This document shows positions 10,413-20,794 of a stretch of 64,000 nt of DNA, in pieces (within the stretch, counting starts at the first letter, position 1; the number at the start of each line of letters is the position of its first letter). This DNA is from an uncultured delta proteobacterium. Lineage in GTDB: Bacteria > Desulfobacterota > Binatia > Binatales > Binataceae. The position numbers and the translations under genes were made by a program. A model generated the notes under the pieces. That model was not told where the DNA came from, made no database searches, and saw only the letters and a list, made by a program, of their open reading frames with translations. The stretch lies in contig CAWCDG010000004.1 of the NCBI GenBank assembly GCA_963794325.1, positions 192,001 to 256,000 on the forward strand. The letters run 5' to 3'.

Positions 10413-10603
10413 CGGTTCCTCCTTGGGGTACAAATGGGAGTGCTGACCGCTCCTTAGGCTCTGCATTCTTGACACGAATCTCCGGAAACCATCCACCCCA
10501 CGGGTTCGGGCACCGGACGCTTTTGTCGGCGCTTTGATTACAAGGGATCTCGTCGTCGTCATCCGAGATTCATAGCACTCCGCGCGGATTTCCAATAAGA
10601 AAA

Positions 10604-11410
10604 ATGACTGTGATTTCACGCGGGGAGACGCTGCAACACGGGGTTGCCGGTCTGGAACGGAGCCATGGCGGCCGCCTTGGCGTCGCGGTTCTCGATAGCG
10701 TCGGCGGGAGCGTGATCGCGCATCGCGGTGACGAGCGCTTTGCGCTGTGCAGCAAGTTCAAGTTTCTCGCCGCAGCGTTGGTCCTGGCGCGGGTCGATCG
10801 CCGCCAGTAAAGTCTGACGCGCCGGATGGTCTATGCGCGAGATTACCTGGTTCCCTATTCCCCGGTAACCGCGAAGCACGCCGGCGAGCGCGGCCTGACG
10901 GTCGGCGAAATCTGCGCAGCCGCGATGACGCTTAGCGATAATACGGCTGGGAATCTTCTGCTCGACAGTTTTGGCGGACCGGCGGAACTGACGGCTTTCG
11001 CGCGGTCGCTCGAAGACAACGTCACGCGGCTCGACCGCCGCGAACCGGAGCTGAACGAGGCCGAACCCGGGGATCCGCGCGACACCACCAGCCCGATCGC
11101 GATGATCGAAGTTCTGCGCAAAATCGTTTTGGGGACCGCGCTATCCACTTCGTCTCGCGCGCAACTGACGGCCTGGCTCGTCGCCAACCAGACCGGGGAC
11201 AAGCGGCTGCGGGCCGGCGTGCCGAAAGGTTGGCGGGTCGGGGACAAAACGGGCACCGGCGCGAACAACGCGACCAACGACATCGCGGTCATCTGGCCGC
11301 CGATGCGCGCGCCAATCGTCGTGGCGGCATATTACGCCGAGGCTCGCGAATCGGACGACCACTGCAATGCGGTTCTGTCAGAGGTCGGGCGCCTCGCGTC
11401 GGCGCTTTGA
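10604..11410 (+). pseudogene. Class A beta-lactamase interrupted by an in-frame TAA
   Basis: ORFs 10604-10810 and 10826-11410 share a frame; SxxK (CSKFK), SDN, EPELN, KTG present; TAA at 10808-10810; no intact signal peptide. Confidence 0.88.
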
Positions 11411-11509
11411 GGCGACGCGTGATGATGGAGGTGCGGGGTAATCAGTGCGCCTCCCGAAGCGGTCGCAGGTCTATGCCGTCACTCGCCTCGAAGGCGCGCG
11501 CGGGTGCGG

Positions 11510-11938
11510 CTACTTTACGCTGAGCAGATCGACATCGAAGATCAGCGTGGCGCCCGGGGGGATGACGCCGCCGGCGCCGCTCGCGCCATAGCCAAGGTCA
11601 GGCGGAATGATCAGCGTGCGCTTGCCGCCTACATGCATGGTGGCGACGCCTTCGTCCCATCCCTTGATGACCTGGCCCTGGCCGATCGTGAAGGAAAACG
11701 GCTGGTTCCTGTCGAGCGAGCTGTCGAATTTCTTGCCCTTCTTGCCGTCAACGTACAGCCATCCGGTGTAATTGACCGTCACGGTCTGGCCGGCCTGCGG
11801 CACGGGTCCGGTGCCGGTCTTGACGTCGATGATGCGCAGGCCACTGGGGGTGGTGACCTCTCCGGCGGCCTGGACTGCCAGGGGCACTGCGGCAAGCGCG
11901 AGGAGGATTGCGGACACGAATAGACGCGGGAAGATCAT
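11510..11938 (-). CDS. FKBP-type peptidyl-prolyl cis-trans isomerase (exported)
   Basis: YTGWL, FDSS, VIKGWDEG, IPPDLGYG, IPPGATLIFDVDL. Confidence 0.95.
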   Translation of the reverse strand: MIFPRLFVSAILLALAAVPLAVQAAGEVTTPSGLRIIDVKTGTGPVPQAGQTVTVNYTGWLYVDGKKGKKFDSSLDRNQPFSFTIGQGQVIKGWDEGVATMHVGGKRTLIIPPDLGYGASGAGGVIPPGATLIFDVDLLSVK

Positions 11939-12228
11939 AAGGCCTCGTTAACTGAATTATAGGGATTTGATCGCCGGAAACCGCCGGCTCGATTTCGGCA
12001 GACACTAGCATTCATCGAGGTCGGTGCGCGAGAGGATGCCAGGAATTGGTAGTGTCCCGGTTTCAATCGGACGGGCCGCCATGCCCGCCATCTCTCTCTG
12101 TAGAGCGGCAACTGTCTTAGGACTCAGAGACTCTCCACACTTACAGGGAGGGCGTAGGATAACCTCGATCTTGGTTCTGGGAAGAGGCAGAATCTTGAAT
12201 CGCGCGCGAAGCGCTCGGTGTATGAGGT

Positions 12229-12466
12229 CCCTCACCCTTCGGCAAGGCTCAGGGCAGGCTCTTTAATCCTCTCCCGACGGGATAGGGGAAGAAAGGATCC
12301 GGGATTCTTCGCTTCGGTCTGAATGACACAAAGAAAGAGGACACAAGAAATCGACGTTGCTCAGTTGTTGCTTGAATCCAGAACCCTGCCGGCTGCCACT
12401 CCCGTAAAGGAACGGGCGAGGTAAGATTCGCTGCGCTCAATTCCTTCACAGACTCTCTGAATGACA
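12229..12466. repeat. REP-like cluster (CCCTCACC and reversed TGTCATTC units)
   Basis: CCCTCACCC..CCTCTCCCGACGGGATAGGGG; GGGATTCTTCGCTTCGGTCTGAATGACAC; second CTGAATGACAC ending at 12466. Confidence 0.75.
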
Positions 12467-12542
12467 CGGGGCCAGGTCAGGGAACGAACGCCGAGCCGGA
12501 TTTACGTAGAGACTCTCCCATAGGCATAAAGGATAACTATCC

Positions 12543-13751
12543 ATGATCGATCAGCAGCCGCTGCGCGGGGTTCGGGTGCTCGACTTAACGCGGGTATTGG
12601 CGGGGCCGTTTTGTACTATGAATCTGGCGGACCTTGGCGCGGAGGTAATCAAGATTGAGGTGCCGGGGCGCGGGGATGATTCGCGCAGTTTTGCGCCGAT
12701 GATGCCGTCGGGGGACTCGGGGTACTTTTACAGCGTCAATCGTGGGAAGCGGAGCGTCACTATCGATTTGCGGATCGAGGATGGGGCCAAAGTATTTCTC
12801 GCGCTGGCGGCGAAGTCAGACGTAGTGGTCGAGAATTTCTCGCCGGGCACGATGGATCGCTTCAAGGTCGGCTACGCGCAGCTCAAGGCGGCCAATCAGA
12901 AGATCATTTTGTGCTCGATTTCGGGATTCGGGCAGACCGGGCCGATGACGTCGGCGCCCGCTTACGACATCGTGGCGCAGGCGCTTGGCGGCACGATGAG
13001 TATCACCGGCAGTCCCGGCGGCGAGCCGGTGCGATGCGGCGTGTCGGTCGGCGATTTGTCGGCGGCGCTGTACGGCGTGATCGCGATCATGTCGGCGCTT
13101 CGGGTGCGCGACCGCGACGGGGTCGGCAATCATGTCGATATCGCGATGCTCGATTGCCAGGTCGCGATGCTCGAGGACGCGCTCGCGCGCTACTCGGTGT
13201 CGGGGAAGATTCCCGGAAGGCTCGGCACGCGGCATCCGTCGATCACGCCGTTCCAGCAGTTTCGCGCCGCCGACGACTATTTCGTGATGGGCGCGGGCAA
13301 CGAGGCTATCTGGCTTCGCTTCTGCGACGCGATCGCGATGCCGCAACTTAAACACGATCCGCGATTTCTGACCAACGCCAATCGCACCGCGAACCATCCT
13401 GAACTCGAGGCGATTCTCGCGCGCGTTTTCGCGACGCATCCGCGCGACCATTGGCTTGCGCTGCTGACAGACGCGTCGGTGCCGTGCGCGCCAATTGCCA
13501 ACGTCGAGGAAGTTACCCGCGATCCCCATCTGGCGGCGCGCAACATGATTCTTCACGCGGAGCATCCCGAGTTTGACGGTCTGATCGTGCCGGGCTCGCC
13601 GCTCAAGAGCGTTTCCACTGGTGATGGTAGTGGGGATATCCCTTCGACCCGGTCGCCGCGGCTGGGTGAGAGTACCGACGAGGTGCTGTCGAGCGTGCTC
13701 GGCTACGATACTTTGCGCCTATCGGAATTGCGCAAGCGTAGTATCATATAG
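12543..13751 (+). CDS. Family III CoA transferase (CaiB/BaiF)
   Basis: PLRGVRVLDLTRVLAGPFCTMNLADLGAEVIKIE; NRGKRS; ISGFGQTGP; AYD. Confidence 0.95.
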   Translation: MIDQQPLRGVRVLDLTRVLAGPFCTMNLADLGAEVIKIEVPGRGDDSRSFAPMMPSGDSGYFYSVNRGKRSVTIDLRIEDGAKVFLALAAKSDVVVENFSPGTMDRFKVGYAQLKAANQKIILCSISGFGQTGPMTSAPAYDIVAQALGGTMSITGSPGGEPVRCGVSVGDLSAALYGVIAIMSALRVRDRDGVGNHVDIAMLDCQVAMLEDALARYSVSGKIPGRLGTRHPSITPFQQFRAADDYFVMGAGNEAIWLRFCDAIAMPQLKHDPRFLTNANRTANHPELEAILARVFATHPRDHWLALLTDASVPCAPIANVEEVTRDPHLAARNMILHAEHPEFDGLIVPGSPLKSVSTGDGSGDIPSTRSPRLGESTDEVLSSVLGYDTLRLSELRKRSII

Positions 13752-13808
13752 AGTTAAGGATTTGCAGCCGCGCGCTTCCATGACGCAACGCTGCCAAAGG
13801 AGAACACA

Positions 13809-14948
13809 GTGCGCGAAGTCGTTATCGTTGATGGAGTCAGGGTGCCGATTGGCAAAGCCGGCAAGGACAAGGGCTACTACAAGGACATCCGCGCCGACGA
13901 TTTGGGCGCGATGTGTATCCGCCGCCTGCTCGAAAAAAATCCGAAGCTCGACCCCAAGGAAATCGAAGACGTGGTCTGGGGATGCGCGAATCAGACCGGC
14001 GAGCAGGGCCTGAACGTCGGCCGAATGATCGGACTACTGTCGGGACTGCCGGTCGAGGTCGCGGGCACCACGATTGATCGTCAATGCGGATCGAGTCTGC
14101 AGGCGGTGAACTTCGCGGCGCAGGAAATCATGACGGGCGCGGGTGAAGTCGCAATTGCGGGCGGCGTCGAGCACATGACGCATGTCGCGATGGGATCGGG
14201 AATCCTGCCCAATCCCAAGCTGATGGATATGTTCCCGCGCGACATGTTTTTCATGGGGATGACGGCCGAGCGGCTGGCCGACATGTACAAGATCACGCGC
14301 GAGCAATCTGACGCGTTCTCGCTGCGATCGAACATGCGCGCGGTGGCGGCGCGCGAGCGCTTCAAAGAGGAAATTGTGCCGGTCAAATTGCCCGACGGCA
14401 CCGTGGTTGACGTGGACCAGGGCCCGCGCGCAGAAACCACGTTGGAAAAGCTCGCCGGGCTGAAGCCGTCGTTCAAGCCCGACGGCCAGGTGACGGCAGG
14501 CAACTCGTCGCAGTTAAGCGACGGCGCTGCCGCGGTGCTGCTGATGAGCGCGGAGCGGGCTCGTTCGCTCGGGGTGAAACCGTTCGCGAAGATTCGCGCG
14601 ACGGCGGTCGCGGGCGTGCGACCGGAAATCATGGGATGGGGCCCGGTGCCTTCGACGCATAAGGCGCTCGGGCGTGCGGGACTCAAAATCGGCGACATCG
14701 ACTTGTTCGAAATCAACGAAGCGTTCGGCGCGCAGGTCCTCGCCTGCAACACCGATCTCAAAATCGACGAAGAACGGCTCAACGTGAACGGCGGCGCGAT
14801 CGCACTGGGGCATCCGCTGGGATGCTCGGGCGCGCGGCTGGTGGTGACGCTGACCCATGAGATGCGCCGGCGCGGAGTCGCGCTCGGAGTCGCGACGATG
14901 TGTATCGGGATCGGCCAGGGAATCGCAACTGTAATCGAGCAGGTATGA
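13809..14948 (+). CDS. Thiolase (acetyl-CoA C-acyltransferase)
   Basis: RQCGSSLQA, NEAF, GGAIALGHPLG, CIGIGQG. Confidence 0.95.
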   Translation: MREVVIVDGVRVPIGKAGKDKGYYKDIRADDLGAMCIRRLLEKNPKLDPKEIEDVVWGCANQTGEQGLNVGRMIGLLSGLPVEVAGTTIDRQCGSSLQAVNFAAQEIMTGAGEVAIAGGVEHMTHVAMGSGILPNPKLMDMFPRDMFFMGMTAERLADMYKITREQSDAFSLRSNMRAVAARERFKEEIVPVKLPDGTVVDVDQGPRAETTLEKLAGLKPSFKPDGQVTAGNSSQLSDGAAAVLLMSAERARSLGVKPFAKIRATAVAGVRPEIMGWGPVPSTHKALGRAGLKIGDIDLFEINEAFGAQVLACNTDLKIDEERLNVNGGAIALGHPLGCSGARLVVTLTHEMRRRGVALGVATMCIGIGQGIATVIEQV

Positions 14949-15619
14949 ACGCCAAGCTGCTAGCAATGCGCGTGCTCGGCGCCGCGATCGCAGCGGCGCT
15001 GATCGCGGCCGCATACATCAGCTACATGCAGCCCGAGGCGCCCAAGCCGCTTTTCCGGCTCGACTCACCGAGTCCGCAGGCGTCGCCGGCGAATCAGGGA
15101 TCGCAACGAGAGACGCCGCCAACGGACGAGGGCCTCAACTTCAGCGCACCCACGCTTGACGGCAAGAATATCGACCTGAGCACTTACCGCGGGCATCCGG
15201 TGATTGTCGATTTCTGGGCGACTTGGTGCGGGCCGTGCCGCCGGCAAATTCCGGAACTGATTTCACTCTACAAGCGATACAACAAGTCGCGCGGGCTGGT
15301 GATAATCGGAATCTCGTGCGACCTGATCCAAGGCGACGGAGTGAAGGCGGTCGCGCCGTTCGTCGAGGAGTTCCAGATCAACTATCCGATCGCACTGGCC
15401 GATGAGCAGCTGGTCGATAAGATGGGAGTCGAGGCAATCCCGACGACGCTGTTCGTAGGCCCGAAGGGCGAGTTGGTATCGCGAATTGTGGGCGCGGGCC
15501 ACGCGGGCGAGATAAGCGAGAGCGCGATGGCGCTACTCGACGGCGTCAAAGGCCACACTTCACCGGGCAAGCCGGACGACATCAATGGCCACGTCGTGGA
15601 TATTTCGGTAGTGCATTAG
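14945..15619 (+). CDS. TlpA/ResA-like membrane-anchored thiol-disulfide oxidoreductase
   Basis: N-terminal TM; DFWATWCGPC; cis-Pro IPTT; ATGA overlap with thiolase. Confidence 0.9.
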   Translation: MNAKLLAMRVLGAAIAAALIAAAYISYMQPEAPKPLFRLDSPSPQASPANQGSQRETPPTDEGLNFSAPTLDGKNIDLSTYRGHPVIVDFWATWCGPCRRQIPELISLYKRYNKSRGLVIIGISCDLIQGDGVKAVAPFVEEFQINYPIALADEQLVDKMGVEAIPTTLFVGPKGELVSRIVGAGHAGEISESAMALLDGVKGHTSPGKPDDINGHVVDISVVH

Positions 15620-15630
15620 ATTCGCTGCGG

Positions 15631-18078
15631 CTATCTGGTTACTTTCACCTGCACCGAGGTCGTGTGGTGCAGCGGCCCGCTGTCACCCGCGATCGTAAGC
15701 GTAAAGATTTTGCCGGCTCCCTTCTTCGTGCGCAACTTCAACGTGCTGTTAGCAGTCGCCGGGTTTGGCGCAAACGTCGCCGTGCTCCCGGTCGGGGTAC
15801 CGCTGACGCTCAAAGTAACTGAACCCGCAAATCCGTTCAGAGAGGTCACTGTCACCGCATAGGTCGCGGTCTTTTTGCGGCGAACTTTCTCGGACGCCGG
15901 CGATGCCGATAGCGCGAAGTCGGGACTCGGGGTTGGGGTCGGTGTAGGCGTTGCCGTCTCGGTCGCGGTGGCCGTAGGGCTAGCGGTACTCGAGGCAGTC
16001 GCAGTTGGCGTGGCGGTCGCAGTCGGCGGCGAGGTAGCCGATGCGGTCGGTGTAGCTGTCGCAGTCTGCGTAGCGGTCGCGGTTTGAGTGACGGTGGCTG
16101 TCACCGTTGGCGTCGTCGTCGCGGTCTGAGTCGCCGTCGCAGTTGGTGTTGAGGTCGCCGTCCGAGTCGCGGTCGCTGTAGCAGTTGGGGTTGAGGTCGC
16201 CGTGGATGTTGCAGTTGGGGTTGCGGTGAGCGTCGCAGTTGGGGTCGCCGTGGCTGTTTGAGTCGCGGTCGAGGTCGGCGTCGCTGTCGTTGTGGCCGTT
16301 GAGGTCGCAGTGGAAGTTGCGGTTGGCGTCGCTGTACTCGTCCCGGTGGCCGTCGTAGTCGATGTCGCTGTAGCGGTTTGAGTCGCGGTGGCTGTTGGGG
16401 TCGCCGTTAGACTTGAGGTCGCCGTCACTGTCGGTGTTAACGTTGCTGTTTGAGTCGCGGTGGCTGTCGGCGTCTGCGTTGGCGTCGCGGTATTGGTCGC
16501 CGTTGCGGTCGCGGTTGGCGTCACGGTCGCGGTTAACGTGGCTGTGGCCGTCGCTGTTTGAGTCCCAGTGGCGGTCGCCGTCTGACTTGGCGTCGCGGTG
16601 GCGGTCGCAGTTGGAGTTAGCGTAGCGGTCGCGGTCAACGTGGCGGTCGCCGTCGCGGTATGAGTCGCAGTGGCTGTCGTCGTCGCTGTTGGTGTGGCCG
16701 TCGCTGTTTGGGTCGCAGTGGCGGTCGCCGTCTGAGTTGGCGTCGCGGTATTGGTCGCCGTTGCGGTCGCAGTTGGCGTAACGGTCTCGGTCAGCGTGGC
16801 GGTGGCCGTCGCTGTATGCGTCGCGGTGGCCGTCGCCGTCTGAGTTGGCGTCGCGGTATTGGTCGGGGTTGCGCTCGCGGTTGGCGTGACGGTCGCGGTC
16901 AGCGTGGCGGTGGCCGTTGCGGTATGCGTCGCAGTAGCCGTCGCCGTCCGAGTTGACGTCGCGGTATTGGTCGCCGTTGCGGTCGCAGTTGGAGTCCGGG
17001 TGGCGGTCGGTGTCGCGGTACGGGTCGCCGTATGCGTGGGAGTCGGGGTCGACGACGCGGTAACGATGCAAGCGTTGGCGTAGTTCGAGAACTCCTTTTG
17101 GACAGTGTAGGTCTGACCGTCTCCGCCGAGGATGCTGCCCTGCTGCGCGTTGCAGATATCGCCGATCTCGCCGTTGTTGTTGTCGTACCAGGCCAGTGGC
17201 GGCGCGAGGGCGCCCGCCAGCCCTACTTCGCAGTCAGTGATTGTCTCGGTCATCTCGTGCGAGGCGACCGAGGTGTAATTCCCGAAGACGGTACTGCCGC
17301 CGCATCCAGTGGCGCAGCCCGACCCGGTCTGCATGTCGGGATGGACGCCGTAATAAATCTCGCCGATTGAACCGCCGGCGTCGATCGTGCCGTGGTAGGC
17401 GCAGAAGCCGCCTGCAACGCAGGACTCCGATCCCCCCAAGGTGATAACCGTCCCGTGGGGGAAAAAGATCGCATAGTAGGTGTTATTGTTGCCGGCCGCG
17501 TCGGCCGTGGGGGCGGGTATGTGGCCGGCGTTAATCTGGTTCACCAACTCGGTCTGGATGGCGGTGTCGTCGATCGGGTTGGATTTGTCCGTAGGCGTGA
17601 TAGCGACTTGCACCGAGAAAGAGCCGTGGCCGATGGTCTGGTTGGTCCCCTCGCTGCCGCCGTGGTCGATAATGTCGGTGTTGTACTCGGTCAGCCAATC
17701 CACGTAGGCGCTGTTCAATACTTCTTCGTAAAAGGTCGCCATGCTCGGCGTGGAGGTGTTGACGACCTGCGATAGAAATTCGCCGTTGTTGCCGCCCGCG
17801 CCGCCAGTTCCCCACAGCACCTGAACCACTTGAAGGTTGGAGACGACCCGGCCGCCGTAGTAGGTGAGATGAGCGCCGCCCGGCGCCGCCGCTTTGAGAC
17901 TACCGACCCGCCGGATCGGCAGCGCGTTGGGACCTCCAACCAGCAGCGGATTGCTATTGGCGCCCGACGCCGCGGAGGCAATCGTCAGCATCGCCAGCAG
18001 GACCATCGCGCTGCGCAACGTCGAGAGCCATCGATGCTCTCGCGCAGACCGCGATCGGCTCACCCTCGCGTGTCTCAC
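15631..18078 (-). CDS. Secreted protein: Phi-1/EXORDIUM-like domain, long Thr/Ala linker, C-terminal Ig-like domain (start uncertain)
   Basis: Signal peptide; [33 protein letters not shown]; TATATPT repeats; [32 protein letters not shown]. Confidence 0.8.
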   Translation of the reverse strand: MRHARVSRSRSAREHRWLSTLRSAMVLLAMLTIASAASGANSNPLLVGGPNALPIRRVGSLKAAAPGGAHLTYYGGRVVSNLQVVQVLWGTGGAGGNNGEFLSQVVNTSTPSMATFYEEVLNSAYVDWLTEYNTDIIDHGGSEGTNQTIGHGSFSVQVAITPTDKSNPIDDTAIQTELVNQINAGHIPAPTADAAGNNNTYYAIFFPHGTVITLGGSESCVAGGFCAYHGTIDAGGSIGEIYYGVHPDMQTGSGCATGCGGSTVFGNYTSVASHEMTETITDCEVGLAGALAPPLAWYDNNNGEIGDICNAQQGSILGGDGQTYTVQKEFSNYANACIVTASSTPTPTHTATRTATPTATRTPTATATATNTATSTRTATATATHTATATATLTATVTPTASATPTNTATPTQTATATATHTATATATLTETVTPTATATATNTATPTQTATATATQTATATPTATTTATATHTATATATLTATATLTPTATATATPSQTATATGTQTATATATLTATVTPTATATATNTATPTQTPTATATQTATLTPTVTATSSLTATPTATATQTATATSTTTATGTSTATPTATSTATSTATTTATPTSTATQTATATPTATLTATPTATSTATSTPTATATATRTATSTPTATATQTATTTPTVTATVTQTATATQTATATPTASATSPPTATATPTATASSTASPTATATETATPTPTPTPSPDFALSASPASEKVRRKKTATYAVTVTSLNGFAGSVTLSVSGTPTGSTATFAPNPATANSTLKLRTKKGAGKIFTLTIAGDSGPLHHTTSVQVKVTR

Positions 18079-18288
18079 TACGGTATTTCCGGTCTATCTA
18101 AAATCAGGCTTTAACTCTCTGCCCCGCAACTGCGGCAATGATTTTCACATTTCCGTTGATGAGCGGTCCAGCCCATATGAGCTGATAACCTCAGAAATTC
18201 AGGCAGTGCCTGTCCCGAGTAGTTCCAAGGCGTTCGAGGAAGGCTAAGAACGTCGCGGATGCGTCGGATTCTCGCGCAATGGGCGGCG

Positions 18289-19050
18289 TCAGCCGATGCG
18301 GACGCTGGCGCCGATCAGACGGAGCCCCAGCCGGGCGGCGACGCGCTGCGATGATCGGTTGGATTGGCTGGTGCTGTAGAAAAGCGCGCGCTGATTGAGA
18401 GATCGCATCGATGACCAAGCGGCCGTGACCGCCGCCGCAAGTCCACGGCTTCGATATTTCGGAAATGTGTAGACGCCGACCTCTGCTCCTCTGACTCCAA
18501 GGCGAGCCGCGAACGCCATCGACGCGATGTCGGCGCCGACGAGCGCGACGCACCATGGCTCCCAGAAGTCCCCTACCCGCTTGAAGCCCGCGGTCCGCAT
18601 GTAATCCGGCATCCCGCGATCCGCGAGACGCGCCAACAATTGACGGCCTTGTTCGGAGTCGCCTCGGACGATCGCGGCGGGATGTTGGTATTTCAGTCCG
18701 TTCGGAATTTTATAGATGAGAGCCGACGAGGTTGCGGCGGGCTGGCCGTCAGACAGCAACTCGACCATCATTGCCAAGCACGCCGGCGGCGCGGCGGGAT
18801 CGCTCGATGGAGGCTCCTTTGCGGCGACCTCGACTATGCGCTCCGCGATGCGATCGTCAACGTCGTAGCGAACGCGGGTAAGGTTACCGAACGGGCATCC
18901 GGCGAAGAACGCGCGCGGCCCCGACGAGCGATCCGGATCGTTCTCGCGCTCGATGCGCCCCGACGCCGACATGACGAACATCGTGTCGATATCGACGTGG
19001 AGCAGCCGCAGGTCTTCAGCAATCACGGCGCTGGAAATGGGCTCCGTCAC
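18289..19050 (-). CDS. GNAT-family acetyltransferase (start uncertain)
   Basis: GVYTFPKYRSRGLAAA acetyl-CoA motif; NRSSQRVAARLGL. Confidence 0.82.
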   Translation of the reverse strand: MTEPISSAVIAEDLRLLHVDIDTMFVMSASGRIERENDPDRSSGPRAFFAGCPFGNLTRVRYDVDDRIAERIVEVAAKEPPSSDPAAPPACLAMMVELLSDGQPAATSSALIYKIPNGLKYQHPAAIVRGDSEQGRQLLARLADRGMPDYMRTAGFKRVGDFWEPWCVALVGADIASMAFAARLGVRGAEVGVYTFPKYRSRGLAAAVTAAWSSMRSLNQRALFYSTSQSNRSSQRVAARLGLRLIGASVRIG

Positions 19051-19153
19051 ATTCACAAGGTAAAGGCGGGCTGGTTTGACGATCAAGCTGACGGACGGCC
19101 CTCCCACTGTGTGGATTCGGGGTTGCGATGCGGGTTAAGATGCCCATTCAGTG

Positions 19154-19399
19154 ATGGATCCGAAGGAAATCGAGACGATGATTGCGCGCGGGATTCCCGA
19201 TGCGCAGGTCGAGGTGCGCGACTACACCGGCGGCGGAGACCATTTCGAAGCCGTGGTGGTCAGCGCGAGTTTCGAGGGCAAGGGTCTAATCGAACGGCAT
19301 CAACTGGTGTATAAGGCGCTGGGCGACGCGATGCGCGCGCAGGTGCATGCGCTGACTCTCAAGACCTTGACGCCGGCGCAAAATCAGAACCGCAGATAG
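19154..19399 (+). CDS. bolA: BolA/IbaG family protein
   Basis: GDHFEAVVVSASFEGKGLIERHQLVY..VHALTLKT. Confidence 0.93.
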   Translation: MDPKEIETMIARGIPDAQVEVRDYTGGGDHFEAVVVSASFEGKGLIERHQLVYKALGDAMRAQVHALTLKTLTPAQNQNRR

Positions 19400-19410
19400 A
19401 GGAAATAACA

Positions 19411-19743
19411 ATGGCGGACATAATCGAAAAGATCGAAGCGGCAGTCAAAGAAAACAAGATCATGATCTTCATGAAGGGTAACCGCAGCTTTCCGCAGTGC
19501 GGATTCTCGGCGGCGACCGTCGCGATTTTCGACGAGATCGGCGAGCCGTACGCGACCGCCGACGTGCTGAGCGATCCGGAACTGCGCGACGCGATCAAGC
19601 AATACAGCAACTGGCCGACGATTCCGCAGGTATATGTCGACGGCAAGTTCGTCGGCGGCTGCGACATCATTCGCGAGATGCACGAGTCGGGCGAGCTCGA
19701 GCCGCTGGTGAAAGCGGCGGTGGGAGCATCGGCGCAGCAGTAG
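19411..19743 (+). CDS. grxD: Monothiol glutaredoxin Grx4
   Basis: FMKG, PQCGFS, WPTIPQ, GGCDI. Confidence 0.96.
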   Translation: MADIIEKIEAAVKENKIMIFMKGNRSFPQCGFSAATVAIFDEIGEPYATADVLSDPELRDAIKQYSNWPTIPQVYVDGKFVGGCDIIREMHESGELEPLVKAAVGASAQQ

Positions 19744-19760
19744 ATCGCGGCGTTCCAGGC

Positions 19761-19840
19761 AACCTAACCCCTAACCCCTTCCCGAGCGGGAAGGGGAACC
19801 GGATAAAGGAAAGACCCTTCCCTCGTCGAGGGAAGGGGAA
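19761..19840 (+). repeat. CCTAACC-type REP unit plus a second hairpin
   Basis: AACCTAACCCCTAACCCCTTCCCGAGCGGGAAGGGGAACC; CCCTTCCCTCGTCGAGGGAAGGG. Confidence 0.88.
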
Positions 19841-19871
19841 TAATCGAGCGGATCGATCGCGGAGGATATCC

Positions 19872-20762
19872 ATGCTCACCGAACAGGAACGTTCGTTTCT
19901 CGAGGCGATGGCCAAGGCTCCGATGCCCACCGATGTCCAGGGGCTGCGAACGCTGATGGATACGTTCGCGCCGATGATGAATCAGAATCTTCCCGAGATT
20001 GGCGCGCTGCATGAGGCTGTGGAAATTCGGCCGAGTCTCACCGCCGATGTGGCGGTGCCGAAGGGGAAAGGGCCGTTTCCGGTAGTCGTGTATCTGCACG
20101 GCGGAGGATGGGTCGGCGGCAGTTCGAAATCGCATCGCAAACTCGGCATGCAATTCGCCGAGGCGGGTTATCTGACGATCAACGTCGATTATCGCCTCGC
20201 GCCCGAGCATCCGTTTCCCGCCGGCCTCGACGACTGCGTGCGTGCGGTGAAGTGGGCCGGGGAAAACGCAAAGCGATGGGACGGCGATGCGTCGCGGCTG
20301 GCGGTTGGCGGCGATTCTGCCGGCGGCAATCTCACTGCGGCGACAGTCACGTCGCTCGCATCGGAGAAATACGCGGGTCCGGGGAAGCCGAAGGCTGCGC
20401 TTTTGATCTACGGGTTGTTCGATTTTCCCGCGCAGATGAAACGCGACGGCGCCGCAGCGTTCGACGGAATGATCAAGGCGTACGCGGGCGCGGGATATCC
20501 CGCGATTCTGGAGGATCCGCGAGTCAGCCCGCTGCGCGGGGTGAAGCCGGGCGCGATGCCGCCGAGCTTCCTTATATGCGGCACCGCGGACACTCTGCTG
20601 CCGGAGACGCACTCGATGGCCGATGCGCTCAAGCGCGCCGACATCAGGCACGAAGTCGCGATCTTCGACGACATGCCGCACGGCTTCCTGCAGATGGACG
20701 TGCTGTCGGGATGCAAGCAGGGACTCGACAAGATGTTCGATTTTCTGCGTCGCACGATTTAG
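19872..20762 (+). CDS. HSL-family alpha/beta hydrolase (esterase/lipase)
   Basis: HGGGW, DYRLAPEHPFPA, GDSAGG, HGF; GGAGG RBS. Confidence 0.93.
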   Translation: MLTEQERSFLEAMAKAPMPTDVQGLRTLMDTFAPMMNQNLPEIGALHEAVEIRPSLTADVAVPKGKGPFPVVVYLHGGGWVGGSSKSHRKLGMQFAEAGYLTINVDYRLAPEHPFPAGLDDCVRAVKWAGENAKRWDGDASRLAVGGDSAGGNLTAATVTSLASEKYAGPGKPKAALLIYGLFDFPAQMKRDGAAAFDGMIKAYAGAGYPAILEDPRVSPLRGVKPGAMPPSFLICGTADTLLPETHSMADALKRADIRHEVAIFDDMPHGFLQMDVLSGCKQGLDKMFDFLRRTI

Positions 20763-20794
20763 CGCTCAAGCCCGTTCAGCCGGGGAGAACTGCG

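Noticed and set aside
10808-10810. Stop-codon recoding in the beta-lactamase
   Set aside because: TAA is not a Sec or Pyl codon, the position is not catalytic, and the gene has other lesions
12005-12266. Short ORFs between the FKBP gene and the CoA transferase
   Set aside because: No RBS or motif, and they overlap repeat DNA
15920-17050. Tandem repeats as a possible CRISPR array
   Set aside because: Degenerate codon-level repeats inside a CDS, with no constant repeat and unique spacer pattern and no cas genes
15980-17071. 363-aa Asp/Arg/His-repeat ORF and Val/Ala antisense ORFs
   Set aside because: Alternative-frame shadows of the Thr/Ala linker; the repeat lacks stop codons in those frames
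19154-19743. bolA-grxD pair as a new system
   Set aside because: Well-known Fe-S trafficking pair
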